This document shows, piece by piece, positions 33,984 through 41,447 of a DNA stretch of 64,000 nt. Source of the DNA: Gaiellaceae bacterium. Its GTDB lineage: Bacteria > Actinomycetota > Thermoleophilia > Gaiellales > Gaiellaceae. Where the stretch lies: NCBI GenBank assembly GCA_049644305.1, contig JBARRQ010000111.1, forward strand, positions 4,712 through 68,711, read 5' to 3'. The notes beneath the pieces are model-generated. The model did no database searches and was not told the DNA's origin. It worked only from the letters and a program-made list of their open reading frames with translations. Each line of letters opens with the position of its first letter. The first letter of the stretch is position 1. A program made the position numbers and the translations under genes.

Positions 33984-34727
33984 CTAGCTCGTGGAAAGGA
34001 GGCGCAGCACGTAGCGCGTGCCGTCGGCGGTGTTCTGGAGCGTCAGCGGCGAGCCCTTCTTCAGCGTGACGGTCTGCTTGCCGCCCGCCAGCGAGCCGCC
34101 GGCGATCGCGATCTTCGCCGAGCTCCTCGTCAGGGAGACGAGGAGGAACATGGGATTCGACGAGGGGAACTTCGCACCGGTCGCGACGCTCTCGGAGTTG
34201 CCGTTCACGGAGATAACGGCGGAAGTCGGCTTCGCAGCCCGTGTAGCGGAACTTCCGGCCCCGCTGGTGATCGTCACCGGAACGGTCTTCTTGGGCGCTG
34301 TGACCGTACTGGCAGGCGTCTGCGTGCTCGTAGACGTCTGCGGACAGCTTGTCGCTCCACCGGTCGTCGAGCCAGAGGTGCTGCCACAGTTCAAGTTGAG
34401 CTGCTGTGCGAACGGATCCTTGCTGCGGAAGCGGCTGAACGCGAGCAGCTGGCCGGACCGAGGTGTCGGCAGGACGTCAGGATCGCTCAGCGCCCCGCCA
34501 GAACCTGCCCTCGAAGCGAGCGACGCGCTGGTAGCAGCGGTACCCGTGGTCGTGCCGGCGCTCGTCGTCGTGGGAGTCGTCGACGACGCTTTCGCGTTCG
34601 ACTGGTGCAGCATCTTCAGGGTTCGCGGAACCTGGAAGGCGAGCACGCCGAGGAGCGCCACGCCCAATCCCACCGCGAGCACCTTCTGCCGCTTGGCTTT
34701 GGCCTTCGGATCGATCTTCTTCGCCAT
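33984..34727 (-). CDS. Membrane-anchored Ser/Thr-rich protein with a C-terminal beta-rich domain; PilP-like by position
   Basis: MAKKIDPKAKAKRQK plus a TM helix, a long S/T/G linker, then a C-terminal …AVISVNGNSESVATGAKF…FLLVSL…TLKKGSPLTL… It lies 6 nt downstream of pilO. Confidence 0.6.
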   Translation of the reverse strand: MAKKIDPKAKAKRQKVLAVGLGVALLGVLAFQVPRTLKMLHQSNAKASSTTPTTTSAGTTTGTAATSASLASRAGSGGALSDPDVLPTPRSGQLLAFSRFRSKDPFAQQLNLNCGSTSGSTTGGATSCPQTSTSTQTPASTVTAPKKTVPVTITSGAGSSATRAAKPTSAVISVNGNSESVATGAKFPSSNPMFLLVSLTRSSAKIAIAGGSLAGGKQTVTLKKGSPLTLQNTADGTRYVLRLLSTS

Positions 34728-34733
34728 GGCTCG

Positions 34734-35477
34734 CTAGCCGCCCGTCCCGGCCGCGCTCGCGCTGGCTGAGGGCGTCGTAGTGGTCGGCGTGGTCGTCGTA
34801 CTGGTCGTAGTGGTCGTGGTCGTCGTCGCGGGCGTGCTGGCACCCGTCGCGCCTGTCGCGCCCACCGTGGGCGTCGGGGTCGGCTCCACGGTCGGTGCGG
34901 TGCCCGTCCCGAAGACGAACGCGTCGATCACGAGGTGGGCATGGATCTGTGGGAACCCGGGCGGCGGGGGCGCCTCCGCGAAATCGATCGTGTCGATCGC
35001 AAAGAGCCGTCCTGTCGCATCGAGTGCACCGTGGCGCACGTCGACGAGATTGCGCAGCCGGTAGAGGAAGTCCGAGAGCTGGTAGAAGTCGCCCTGGAAT
35101 TCGACCGTGATCGGGATCGCTTCGTAGCCGGAGAGAGCAACCGCTGTGGTCGCCGGGGTGATCTGCTCGAAGGTGATGCCGCTGTCCTGGGCGACCTGGT
35201 TCAGCTCGAGGACGATGTCCGCCATGTCCGTCTGGTCGGGCATCGCCTTCGTCAGCCTGAAGAGGTCGGCCACGCGGATCTTGGCTCCCCGCTTCGCCTG
35301 AAGCGTGAGCGCACGGGCCGAGTCGATCGAGCTCTGCGTGTCGGCGATCTGCTTGTCGAGGCTGGCCGCCTTCGAGTGCAGCGGGCTGATCAGGATGAAG
35401 TATCCGCCGAGGCCGACGACCAGGAGCCCGACGACAATCAGGACGATCGCGAGGGGCTGAGGAATCGCGCGCTTCAC
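34734..35477 (-). CDS. pilO: Pilus assembly protein PilO with a Thr-rich C-terminal tail
   Basis: TM helix, coiled coil, and a ferredoxin-like core (…ITFEQITP…IPITVEFQGDFYQLSDFLYRL…). GTG in a GTGA overlap with the pilN stop. The tail is …TTTTTTTTSTTTTPTTTTPS…. Confidence 0.85.
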   Translation of the reverse strand: MKRAIPQPLAIVLIVVGLLVVGLGGYFILISPLHSKAASLDKQIADTQSSIDSARALTLQAKRGAKIRVADLFRLTKAMPDQTDMADIVLELNQVAQDSGITFEQITPATTAVALSGYEAIPITVEFQGDFYQLSDFLYRLRNLVDVRHGALDATGRLFAIDTIDFAEAPPPPGFPQIHAHLVIDAFVFGTGTAPTVEPTPTPTVGATGATGASTPATTTTTTTTSTTTTPTTTTPSASASAAGTGG

Positions 35478-36097
35478 GTGCCGGCTCCGGGGTTGCGCAC
35501 ATCTGCCGCGATCACGAAATGCACCACCTGCGCGCCCGCGACCTTCGTCAGCACGCTCTGCTGGAGCTGCACGTTGACGAGGTCCGGAACTACCGCGAGG
35601 CGGCTCAGCAGCCGGGCGACGGCAGCGTGCGAGTACGTGTAGCCGTCGAGCGTGAACTGCGTCGCGGCCACGAGCGCTCCTGACGTGGGCGCCGAAGGCG
35701 TCTGGGCTAGGGACGAGAGGATGGGGGCCTTCGCTGACAGTGTGGCGAGCCAGACGTCGTTGGGCAGGACGAGCGAGAGCTCGCGGAAGACGCGGTCCCA
35801 GGCGACACGGCGCGAGAGGGCGGCATTGAGCGCGCTCACGCGGCTCTGCCTGTCCGCGGCAAGCGCATTCTGGGTCTGGACCTTCGAGGCGTCCGGCGTC
35901 GGGATTGCCGCGAGCTCGGCTTTGAGCCCGTCGAGCTGCGTCTGCCGGCTCTTCACCTTTCCGCTCGCGGACAGGAACATCACGGCGAGCAGGCCGGTCA
36001 TGAGCACGGTCGCGACCACCGGAACGAGCACGATCCACTGTGTCTTCTGGGGGCCTCGCCGAGCGTCGTCTCGCGGAAGAAGGTTGATCGCGCGCAT
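35474..36097 (-). CDS. pilN: Pilus assembly protein PilN
   Basis: MRAINLLPRD (the conserved PilM-binding INLLP N-terminus), followed by a TM helix and coiled coil. Start trimmed from 36160. Confidence 0.88.
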   Translation of the reverse strand: MRAINLLPRDDARRGPQKTQWIVLVPVVATVLMTGLLAVMFLSASGKVKSRQTQLDGLKAELAAIPTPDASKVQTQNALAADRQSRVSALNAALSRRVAWDRVFRELSLVLPNDVWLATLSAKAPILSSLAQTPSAPTSGALVAATQFTLDGYTYSHAAVARLLSRLAVVPDLVNVQLQQSVLTKVAGAQVVHFVIAADVRNPGAGT

Positions 36098-36260
36098 CAG
36101 TGCCCCGTCCGGTAATGCCGCCGAGTTTCTGGGTTGCGAGCACCAAGCCGGAGTTCGCACTTGTCCGCAGCAAGGCTGGATTGCCTTGCCAAGGGCAAGG
36201 GTGGGCTCTGGCGCCGCGTGATCGCGGACCAGAAGCCGGCATGTATTACTGGATGGGGCA

Positions 36261-37760
36261 CTAGTCCTCGATCCCCAGGCCGATGGCGACGGAGAGGGAG
36301 CCGAGCTGCTCGGTGTCCCGAACCTTCTTACCCAGCTTCACGCGCGCGAGGGGGTCCCCGACGGTGACGCGAACGCCGATCAGCTTCTGCAGCTCCTCGG
36401 CGAGCCCGCCGAGGTGGGCGGTCCCGCCGGTGATCACGATCTCGCCGATGCCGAGAGATCCGGGCTGGTTTTGGTAGAACTGGAGCGAGGAGACGAGCTC
36501 GCGCGCGAAGGTCTGCAACTGGCGGCGAACGGCTTCGCGGGCAGCCTCCGCTTTCTCCGGGGTCAAGCCCTCGGGAGCGCTGTCCGTGGCGAGAGAGAGC
36601 TCGCGCTTCACCGGTTCCGCCTCGGAGGGCGCGCAGTCGAGCTCGCGGGCGATCGCGACGTCGAGCGTCCCGCCGCCCCATTCGAGCACGCGCGTGAACT
36701 CACACACGCGCCCGTCGGACACGGCGAAGGTCGAGCGGTCGTGGCCGATCGCAACGACGACGACGGCCGCATCCGCGGGCTCCTGGTCGTGAGTCCTCGG
36801 CTCAGCGAGAGCGCGGAGCAGCGCGAACGCCTCGAGGTCGATCCCGACGAGCCGGATGCCGGCCTTCTTGCAGGCGGCGACGTATCGGTCGATCAGCTCG
36901 CGGTACGCGACGACGAGCAGGATCCGGCGGACCGTATTGCCCTCGTCGTCGACGCGCTCACCGAGAACGTGGTAGTCGAGCACCGCCTCCTCGATCGGAA
37001 TCGGCAGCACCTCCTGGGCGCGGTACCGAATCGCGTTCTCGAGCTGCCGGGAGTCGGTGATGCCCGCGAGCTCGAAGATCCGGACGCCGATGCGGTTGTT
37101 CGCGATGCCGAGGCGCACACCCTGACGAGGCAGCGCGTTCTTGCGGAAGAACGCGCGGAGTGCCTCTGCCAGCAGCTCCGGCTCGCGCAGCTCGCCTCCG
37201 ACGACGAGGCCGTGATCGAGACTCTCGCGCGCGACCTGGACCAGCTCCGGGCCGCCGTTGTTGACAACCCGGGCGGCTGCGATCTGGGAAGCGCCGATCT
37301 TCAGGCCGACGAGCCTCTTCGACCGCTTCGACGCCGAGAGCTCGCGGCTGGGCATTCGCAGGCGACGCGGCTTCTTCGGGACCTCCTGCGTGGGGTCGTC
37401 GTCCTGCTCGAGGGAGCGCTTCGGCGTCGGCTTGCGCTTGAAGGAAATCTCCTTCTTCAGCAGCGATGTCCTTTCGGACTTCGGAGCGCGGTCGGCTTTA
37501 TTCGGCGGCTTGCGCTTGAAGGAAATCTCCCTCTTCAGCAGCGAGGGCTTTTCGGCTTTCGGAGCGCCGTCTGCCTTGTCAGGCGCCGGCGCGGGAGTCG
37601 CCACCGTCTCCTCGCTTGACGCGTCGCTCGGGGAGTTCTCCTGTTGGCCCGAGACCGCTTCTGCTGGCTCGCCCTTGCGGGCGGGCGGCTTGGCAGGTGG
37701 AGCCTCGTCCCTCTTAGGCCTCAGATCCGAGAGGTTGATCTCCTTCTTCCAGTCGACCAC
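36261..37760 (-). CDS. pilM: Pilus assembly ATPase-fold protein PilM with a ~149-aa basic N-terminal extension
   Basis: Actin-like fold from …LVGLKIGASQIAAARV… to …VITGGTAHLGGLAEELQ… The N-terminal Lys/Pro/Ala-rich region contains two 26-aa repeats. Confidence 0.9.
   Translation of the reverse strand: MVDWKKEINLSDLRPKRDEAPPAKPPARKGEPAEAVSGQQENSPSDASSEETVATPAPAPDKADGAPKAEKPSLLKREISFKRKPPNKADRAPKSERTSLLKKEISFKRKPTPKRSLEQDDDPTQEVPKKPRRLRMPSRELSASKRSKRLVGLKIGASQIAAARVVNNGGPELVQVARESLDHGLVVGGELREPELLAEALRAFFRKNALPRQGVRLGIANNRIGVRIFELAGITDSRQLENAIRYRAQEVLPIPIEEAVLDYHVLGERVDDEGNTVRRILLVVAYRELIDRYVAACKKAGIRLVGIDLEAFALLRALAEPRTHDQEPADAAVVVVAIGHDRSTFAVSDGRVCEFTRVLEWGGGTLDVAIARELDCAPSEAEPVKRELSLATDSAPEGLTPEKAEAAREAVRRQLQTFARELVSSLQFYQNQPGSLGIGEIVITGGTAHLGGLAEELQKLIGVRVTVGDPLARVKLGKKVRDTEQLGSLSVAIGLGIED
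37429..37584. repeat. Two tandem 78-bp repeats inside pilM
   Basis: GGCTTGCGCTTGAAGGAAATCTCC… recurs at 37429 and 37507. It encodes PKAEKPSLLKREISFKRKPPNKADRA / PKSERTSLLKKEISFKRKPTPKRSLE. Confidence 0.9.
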
Positions 37761-37762
37761 GC

Positions 37763-38899
37763 CTATGCCTCCGCGACTCGCAGGTTGGGCGTCGTTTTCT
37801 CCTGGTCCACGGCAACTTCGAAGCCCACCCGCTCGAGCAGGCCGAGCAGCTGCTCGGGGCGGCTCGAACGCGCGAGAGCGACGTCAACGGTGATTACGCC
37901 GCGCAGCGTCAGGTCGGCGAGGGACTGCTCCATCGTCTGCATGCCCCGGGCGGTCCCGGTCTGCATCACCGAGTAGATCTGTTCCACCTTCGCCTGCCGG
38001 ATCAGGTTCCGGACGGCATCGTCGGGAAAGAGAATCTCAAGGGCCGGCACGCGGCCTGTGCCGTCGGCGGTCGGGAGGAGCGCCTGGGTGACGACGCCCT
38101 CGAGCGTGGCGGCAAGCTGGATGCGAACCTGGTCTTGCTGGCTTGCCGGGAACGCGTCGATGACGCGGTCGATCGTTCCGGGCGCGCTCTGGGTGTGAAG
38201 AGTGGCGAACACGAGGTGGCCCGTCTCGGCGGCGGTCAGGGCTGTTGCGATCGTCTCGAGGTCGCGCATCTCGCCCAGGAGGATCACGTCGGGGTCCTGG
38301 CGGAGAGCGGCGCGGAGAGCGCTGGCGAAGTCGGTCGCGTCGACGCCGATCTCGCGCTGGTTGACGACACAGCGCTTGTGCCGGTGCACGAACTCGATCG
38401 GATCCTCGATCGTGAGGATGTGCTCGGCGCGCTTGCGGTTGATCTCGTCGATCAGCGCCGCGAGCGTCGTCGACTTACCCGACCCGGTCGGGCCGGTCAG
38501 GAGGACGAGGCCGCGGGGCCGGTCGGTCAGCGTGTGCAGGCTCGAGGGAATGCCGAGCTCCTCGAGCGTCTTGATCTCGGCGGGAATCAGCCGGAAGGCT
38601 GCGCCCAGGCTCTCTCGCTGCCAGTAGACGTTCACGCGGAAGCGGGCGAGGCCGGGAATCGAGTGAGCGAGGTCGATCTGGCGGTTCAGCTCGAGCTGCT
38701 TCTGCTGCTCGGTGGAGAGGATGCGGTAGAGAAGCTGGTGCGTCGTCTCGCTTGTGAGCGGGTCGATCTCCTGCAGCGGCTCGAGCCGACCGCGGACGCG
38801 GACAACCGGATGCGCGCCTACGGTGATGTGCAGGTCGGACGCATTCAGCGCCACCATCTGCTCGAGCAAATCGTCGATCGAATAAGGGGTCTCCGGCAT
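37763..38899 (-). CDS. pilT: Twitching-motility (retraction) ATPase PilT
   Basis: GPTGSGKST, ILLGEMRD, GHLVFATLHT and the PilT-type AVRNLIRQ motif. 378 aa. Confidence 0.93.
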   Translation of the reverse strand: MPETPYSIDDLLEQMVALNASDLHITVGAHPVVRVRGRLEPLQEIDPLTSETTHQLLYRILSTEQQKQLELNRQIDLAHSIPGLARFRVNVYWQRESLGAAFRLIPAEIKTLEELGIPSSLHTLTDRPRGLVLLTGPTGSGKSTTLAALIDEINRKRAEHILTIEDPIEFVHRHKRCVVNQREIGVDATDFASALRAALRQDPDVILLGEMRDLETIATALTAAETGHLVFATLHTQSAPGTIDRVIDAFPASQQDQVRIQLAATLEGVVTQALLPTADGTGRVPALEILFPDDAVRNLIRQAKVEQIYSVMQTGTARGMQTMEQSLADLTLRGVITVDVALARSSRPEQLLGLLERVGFEVAVDQEKTTPNLRVAEA

Positions 38900-38965
38900 G
38901 GCCCTCCGCGCGAGCTATCGGCAGTGCCCGGGCCATCCTTGAGAGGGCCTTTCGGCGATCGCCTT

Positions 38966-38985
38966 TCACCCGATCGGGGGGTGCG
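38966..38985 (+). promoter_or_regulatory. Conserved motif upstream of pilin gene 1 (TCACCCGATCGGGGGGTGCG)
   Basis: A near-identical motif recurs at the equivalent distance upstream of pilin gene 2 (about 85-88 nt before each ATG). Confidence 0.3.
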
Positions 38986-39050
38986 CGTCCCCGGTCGGGC
39001 CGGCCGATAGAGGAGCAGGCCATCTGCGCACCCCTCAAGGAGGACCACGC

Positions 39051-39443
39051 ATGCTTGCAAGGCTTTCGCACCGACTCGGCCAGGTGCGGCGCGACGAGGG
39101 CTTCACCCTCATCGAGCTTCTGGTCGTAATCATCATTCTCGGGATCCTGCTTGCGATTGCGATCCCGTCGTACCTCAGCTTCCGCACGCGGGCTAACAAG
39201 TCCGCCGCGCAGGCGAACGTCCGCGCCGCCGTGCCGGGCATGGAGGCGTTCAACGCCGACCACGCCACGGGCTACGTGGGCGTGACTCTCACCAAGCTCC
39301 AGCAGTCGTATGACGCCGGGATCAAGAACATCAAGATCTCGGTCGCGACGCTCGGCGGCTACTGCATCCGGAACACCGTCCCCGGCACCGCGACGTACCA
39401 CAAGTCGGGCCCGTCGGGCGACATCAAGACCGGTAGCTGCTAG
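39051..39443 (+). CDS. pilA: Type IV major pilin, paralog 1
   Basis: Leader MLARLSHRLGQVRRDEG/FTLIELLVVIIILGILLAIAIPSY, a short globular domain, and a C-terminal Cys pair (GGYC…TGSC). AAGGAGGA RBS. Confidence 0.93.
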   Translation: MLARLSHRLGQVRRDEGFTLIELLVVIIILGILLAIAIPSYLSFRTRANKSAAQANVRAAVPGMEAFNADHATGYVGVTLTKLQQSYDAGIKNIKISVATLGGYCIRNTVPGTATYHKSGPSGDIKTGSC

Positions 39444-39459
39444 TCAGCACCAGGCACCA

Positions 39460-39493
39460 GGGAAGGGCGCGGGAGACCGCGCCCTTCCCTTTG
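39460..39493 (+). terminator. Terminator hairpin after pilin 1
   Basis: 13-bp stem GGGAAGGGCGCGG-GAGA-CCGCGCCCTTCCC followed by TTTG. Confidence 0.6.
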
Positions 39494-39500
39494 CCAGGTC

Positions 39501-39519
39501 TCACCCGTTCGGGGGTGCG
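39501..39519 (+). promoter_or_regulatory. Conserved motif upstream of pilin gene 2 (TCACCCGTTCGGGGGTGCG)
   Basis: Paralogous to 38966-38985. Confidence 0.3.
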
Positions 39520-39588
39520 GTCATGAGCGATCGCACGCCGATGTATCTCCCAGCCACCTCGCTGTTCCCAAGCCGAAGGAGCAAAGCA

Positions 39589-39972
39589 ATGCCGAATTTG
39601 CGGCATCGTCTGACGAGAGACGATCGCGGTTTCACGCTGATCGAGCTCCTCGTAGTGATCATCATCCTCGGGATCCTGCTGGCGATCGCAATCCCGTCGT
39701 ACCTCAGCTTCCGCTCGCGGGCTAACAACTCGGCCGCCCAGGCGAACGTCCGTGCCGCCGTGCCAGGAATGGAGGCGTACAACGCCGACCATTCGACCGG
39801 CTACGTTGGCGTCACCCTGACGAAGCTGCAGCAGTCCTACGACGCCGGGATCAAGAACATCAAGATCTCGGTCGCAACGCTCGGCGGCTACTGCATCCGG
39901 AACATCGTCCCCGGCACCGCCACCTACCACAAGTCTGGCCCCTCGGGCGACATCAAGACCGGCGGCTGCTAG
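39589..39972 (+). CDS. pilA: Type IV major pilin, paralog 2
   Basis: MPNLRHRLTRDDRG/FTLIELLVVIIILGILLAIAIPSY… The mature part differs from paralog 1 at only about six residues. GAAGGAG RBS. Confidence 0.92.
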   Translation: MPNLRHRLTRDDRGFTLIELLVVIIILGILLAIAIPSYLSFRSRANNSAAQANVRAAVPGMEAYNADHSTGYVGVTLTKLQQSYDAGIKNIKISVATLGGYCIRNIVPGTATYHKSGPSGDIKTGGC

Positions 39973-39986
39973 CACCACGAGCTTTG

Positions 39987-40020
39987 GAAAGGGCGCGGGA
40001 GACCGCGCCCTTTCTCTTGC
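39987..40020 (+). terminator. Terminator hairpin after pilin 2
   Basis: GAAAGGGCGCGG-GAGA-CCGCGCCCTTTC followed by TCTTGCGTT. It has the same core as the hairpin after pilin 1. Confidence 0.6.
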
Positions 40021-40057
40021 GTTCAAGCCGCGTGCGCCGGGTGCCGATAGAGAGATT

Positions 40058-41038
40058 GTGAGTCTGCGCCTCCGGATCGTTGCTGCGGCCGCGCTCGTGG
40101 CCCTGCTCGCGCTCGGCGGAGGCTTTCTGCTGCTCGGTCACGGCCAGAGCTCGACGAGCGCGGCGGTCAAGCAGATCAAGCCGCTCCACCCCGTCAAGCA
40201 CAAGGTGCGTGCCGCGGCGAAGCGGGCGAAGCCGAAGCGGACGGCGGCGGCGCACAAAGCTCACCCGGCTTTTGCGAAGAAGGTCGCGACTCCGGCGGTG
40301 ATCGACGGGATGCCCGGCGCGCTTGCCCTGGCACTTCAGGCAAACAACGTCGTCGTCGTCTCGCTGTACGCAACGGGTTCCACAATTGACAGGCTCGCGA
40401 AGGAAGAGGCACAGCAGGGAGCTGCCATGTCGGGCGCGGGCTTCGTCGCGCTGAACGTCGCCGACGAGAAAGTCGTGCGTCCGCTGACGTCGCTCCTGAC
40501 GAGCGGCGCGACGGCGGCTGACCGCGTCCTCGACGATCCCGCTGTTCTCGTCTTCCAGAGCCCGAAGATCTTGTTCGTGCGTCTCAACGGCTTCACCGAC
40601 CGCGAGACGGTCGCGCAGGCCGCTACGAATGCCGGCGCGGTAAACGTCGCTCTTCCCGCGGGAACCGGCGCGTGGGCAGGCAAGGCGAACGTCGTCTGCA
40701 CGAAGATGGCAACGGATCTGGTCGGGCTGAAGCTTCCGACCTCCGCCTCCGAAGTGCTCACCTGGGCCGATCACGTAACCGCGGTCCTGGCGGGAACGAT
40801 TCGGAGTCTGCACGGGCTCACTCCCCCGGCCGGCCGCGAACGTCAGGTCAGGCAGATGCTTTCGTTCTACGACACGGCCTTGGCGAGCTTGCGCGGGATC
40901 ATCGCGGACGTGCGCGCCGGGAAGCAGCCCGACCTGACCGGCTTCCAGCAGAAGATCGCACCGCTCGGCGCGCGCGCCGACGCGATCGCCCGCGACCTCG
41001 GCGCCACCGCCTGCGGCGGCTCCGGTCTGCTCCAGTGA
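40058..41038 (+). CDS. Membrane-anchored hypothetical protein (326 aa) downstream of the pilins
   Basis: GTG start, N-terminal TM helix, a Lys/Ala-rich basic stretch, an alpha/beta region and a helical C-terminus. Coding-like composition. Confidence 0.7.
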   Translation: MSLRLRIVAAAALVALLALGGGFLLLGHGQSSTSAAVKQIKPLHPVKHKVRAAAKRAKPKRTAAAHKAHPAFAKKVATPAVIDGMPGALALALQANNVVVVSLYATGSTIDRLAKEEAQQGAAMSGAGFVALNVADEKVVRPLTSLLTSGATAADRVLDDPAVLVFQSPKILFVRLNGFTDRETVAQAATNAGAVNVALPAGTGAWAGKANVVCTKMATDLVGLKLPTSASEVLTWADHVTAVLAGTIRSLHGLTPPAGRERQVRQMLSFYDTALASLRGIIADVRAGKQPDLTGFQQKIAPLGARADAIARDLGATACGGSGLLQ

Positions 41039-41301
41039 GCAAGGTTCCCGAAAAGAGCTCGGGCAGCGAGCTCTTCGTGCGGCACATCCGGAAAGATGGC
41101 CGCTCCGTCGCTGTCGTGCGCGCCGTCGACTTCGGCGACTCCTGCTTGGTCGAGGCCGAGGTCTGGCCGACCGGCGTTCAGAACACCGAGCCGGTACGGC
41201 CAGGGCCGTACACCTTCGGCAACGCCCGCGAGGCCACCGCGTTCGTGACCGAGGCCGTCGAGGCCCTGATGTACCTCGGCTGCGACGTCCAGGCCGCCTG
41301 A
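41035..41301 (+). CDS. Small hypothetical protein (88 aa), translationally coupled to the preceding gene
   Basis: GTG in a GTGA overlap with the upstream stop. The sequence VSKVPEKSSGSELFVRHIRKDGRSVAVVRAVDF… is non-repetitive and not Arg/Pro-biased. Confidence 0.5.
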   Translation: MSKVPEKSSGSELFVRHIRKDGRSVAVVRAVDFGDSCLVEAEVWPTGVQNTEPVRPGPYTFGNAREATAFVTEAVEALMYLGCDVQAA

Positions 41302-41447
41302 CTACGCCCGGCCGACCGGGACAAGCCTCCGACGCGGACAAACCGGTGTCGGACACCGGATTGAGTCAAGGGGAAAGCGTGCCAAGAGTGTGCCGAATTC
41401 GTCGCGTCGCGTCGGGGCCTCCAGCGACGTCGCCTACTCTCGAGCGA

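Noticed and set aside
37429-37584. Tandem 78-bp repeats considered as a possible CRISPR or minisatellite. The Thr-codon low-complexity DNA at ~34760-34860 and the KP-repeat DNA at ~47343-47483 were considered in the same way.
   Set aside because: There are only two copies, no spacers, and they are in frame within pilM. The other stretches are coding low-complexity regions (PilO tail, PASTA protein). No CRISPR-like repeat-spacer architecture exists anywhere in the window.
38900-39588. Sigma-54 type (TGGCAC-N5-TTGC) promoters upstream of the pilin genes, as found in many proteobacterial pilA genes.
   Set aside because: No GG-N10-GC element with the right spacing is visible upstream of either pilin. 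Only the shared TCACCCG-TCGGGGGTGCG motif is reported, and its function is unknown.
39953-41356. A 467-aa minus-strand ORF spanning the region downstream of the pilins, and the mirrored MSDTGLS starts at 41346/41356.
   Set aside because: Its composition is Arg/Pro/Ser-rich and non-protein-like. The identical N-termini on both strands are simply a consequence of the 17-nt palindrome at 41343-41359.
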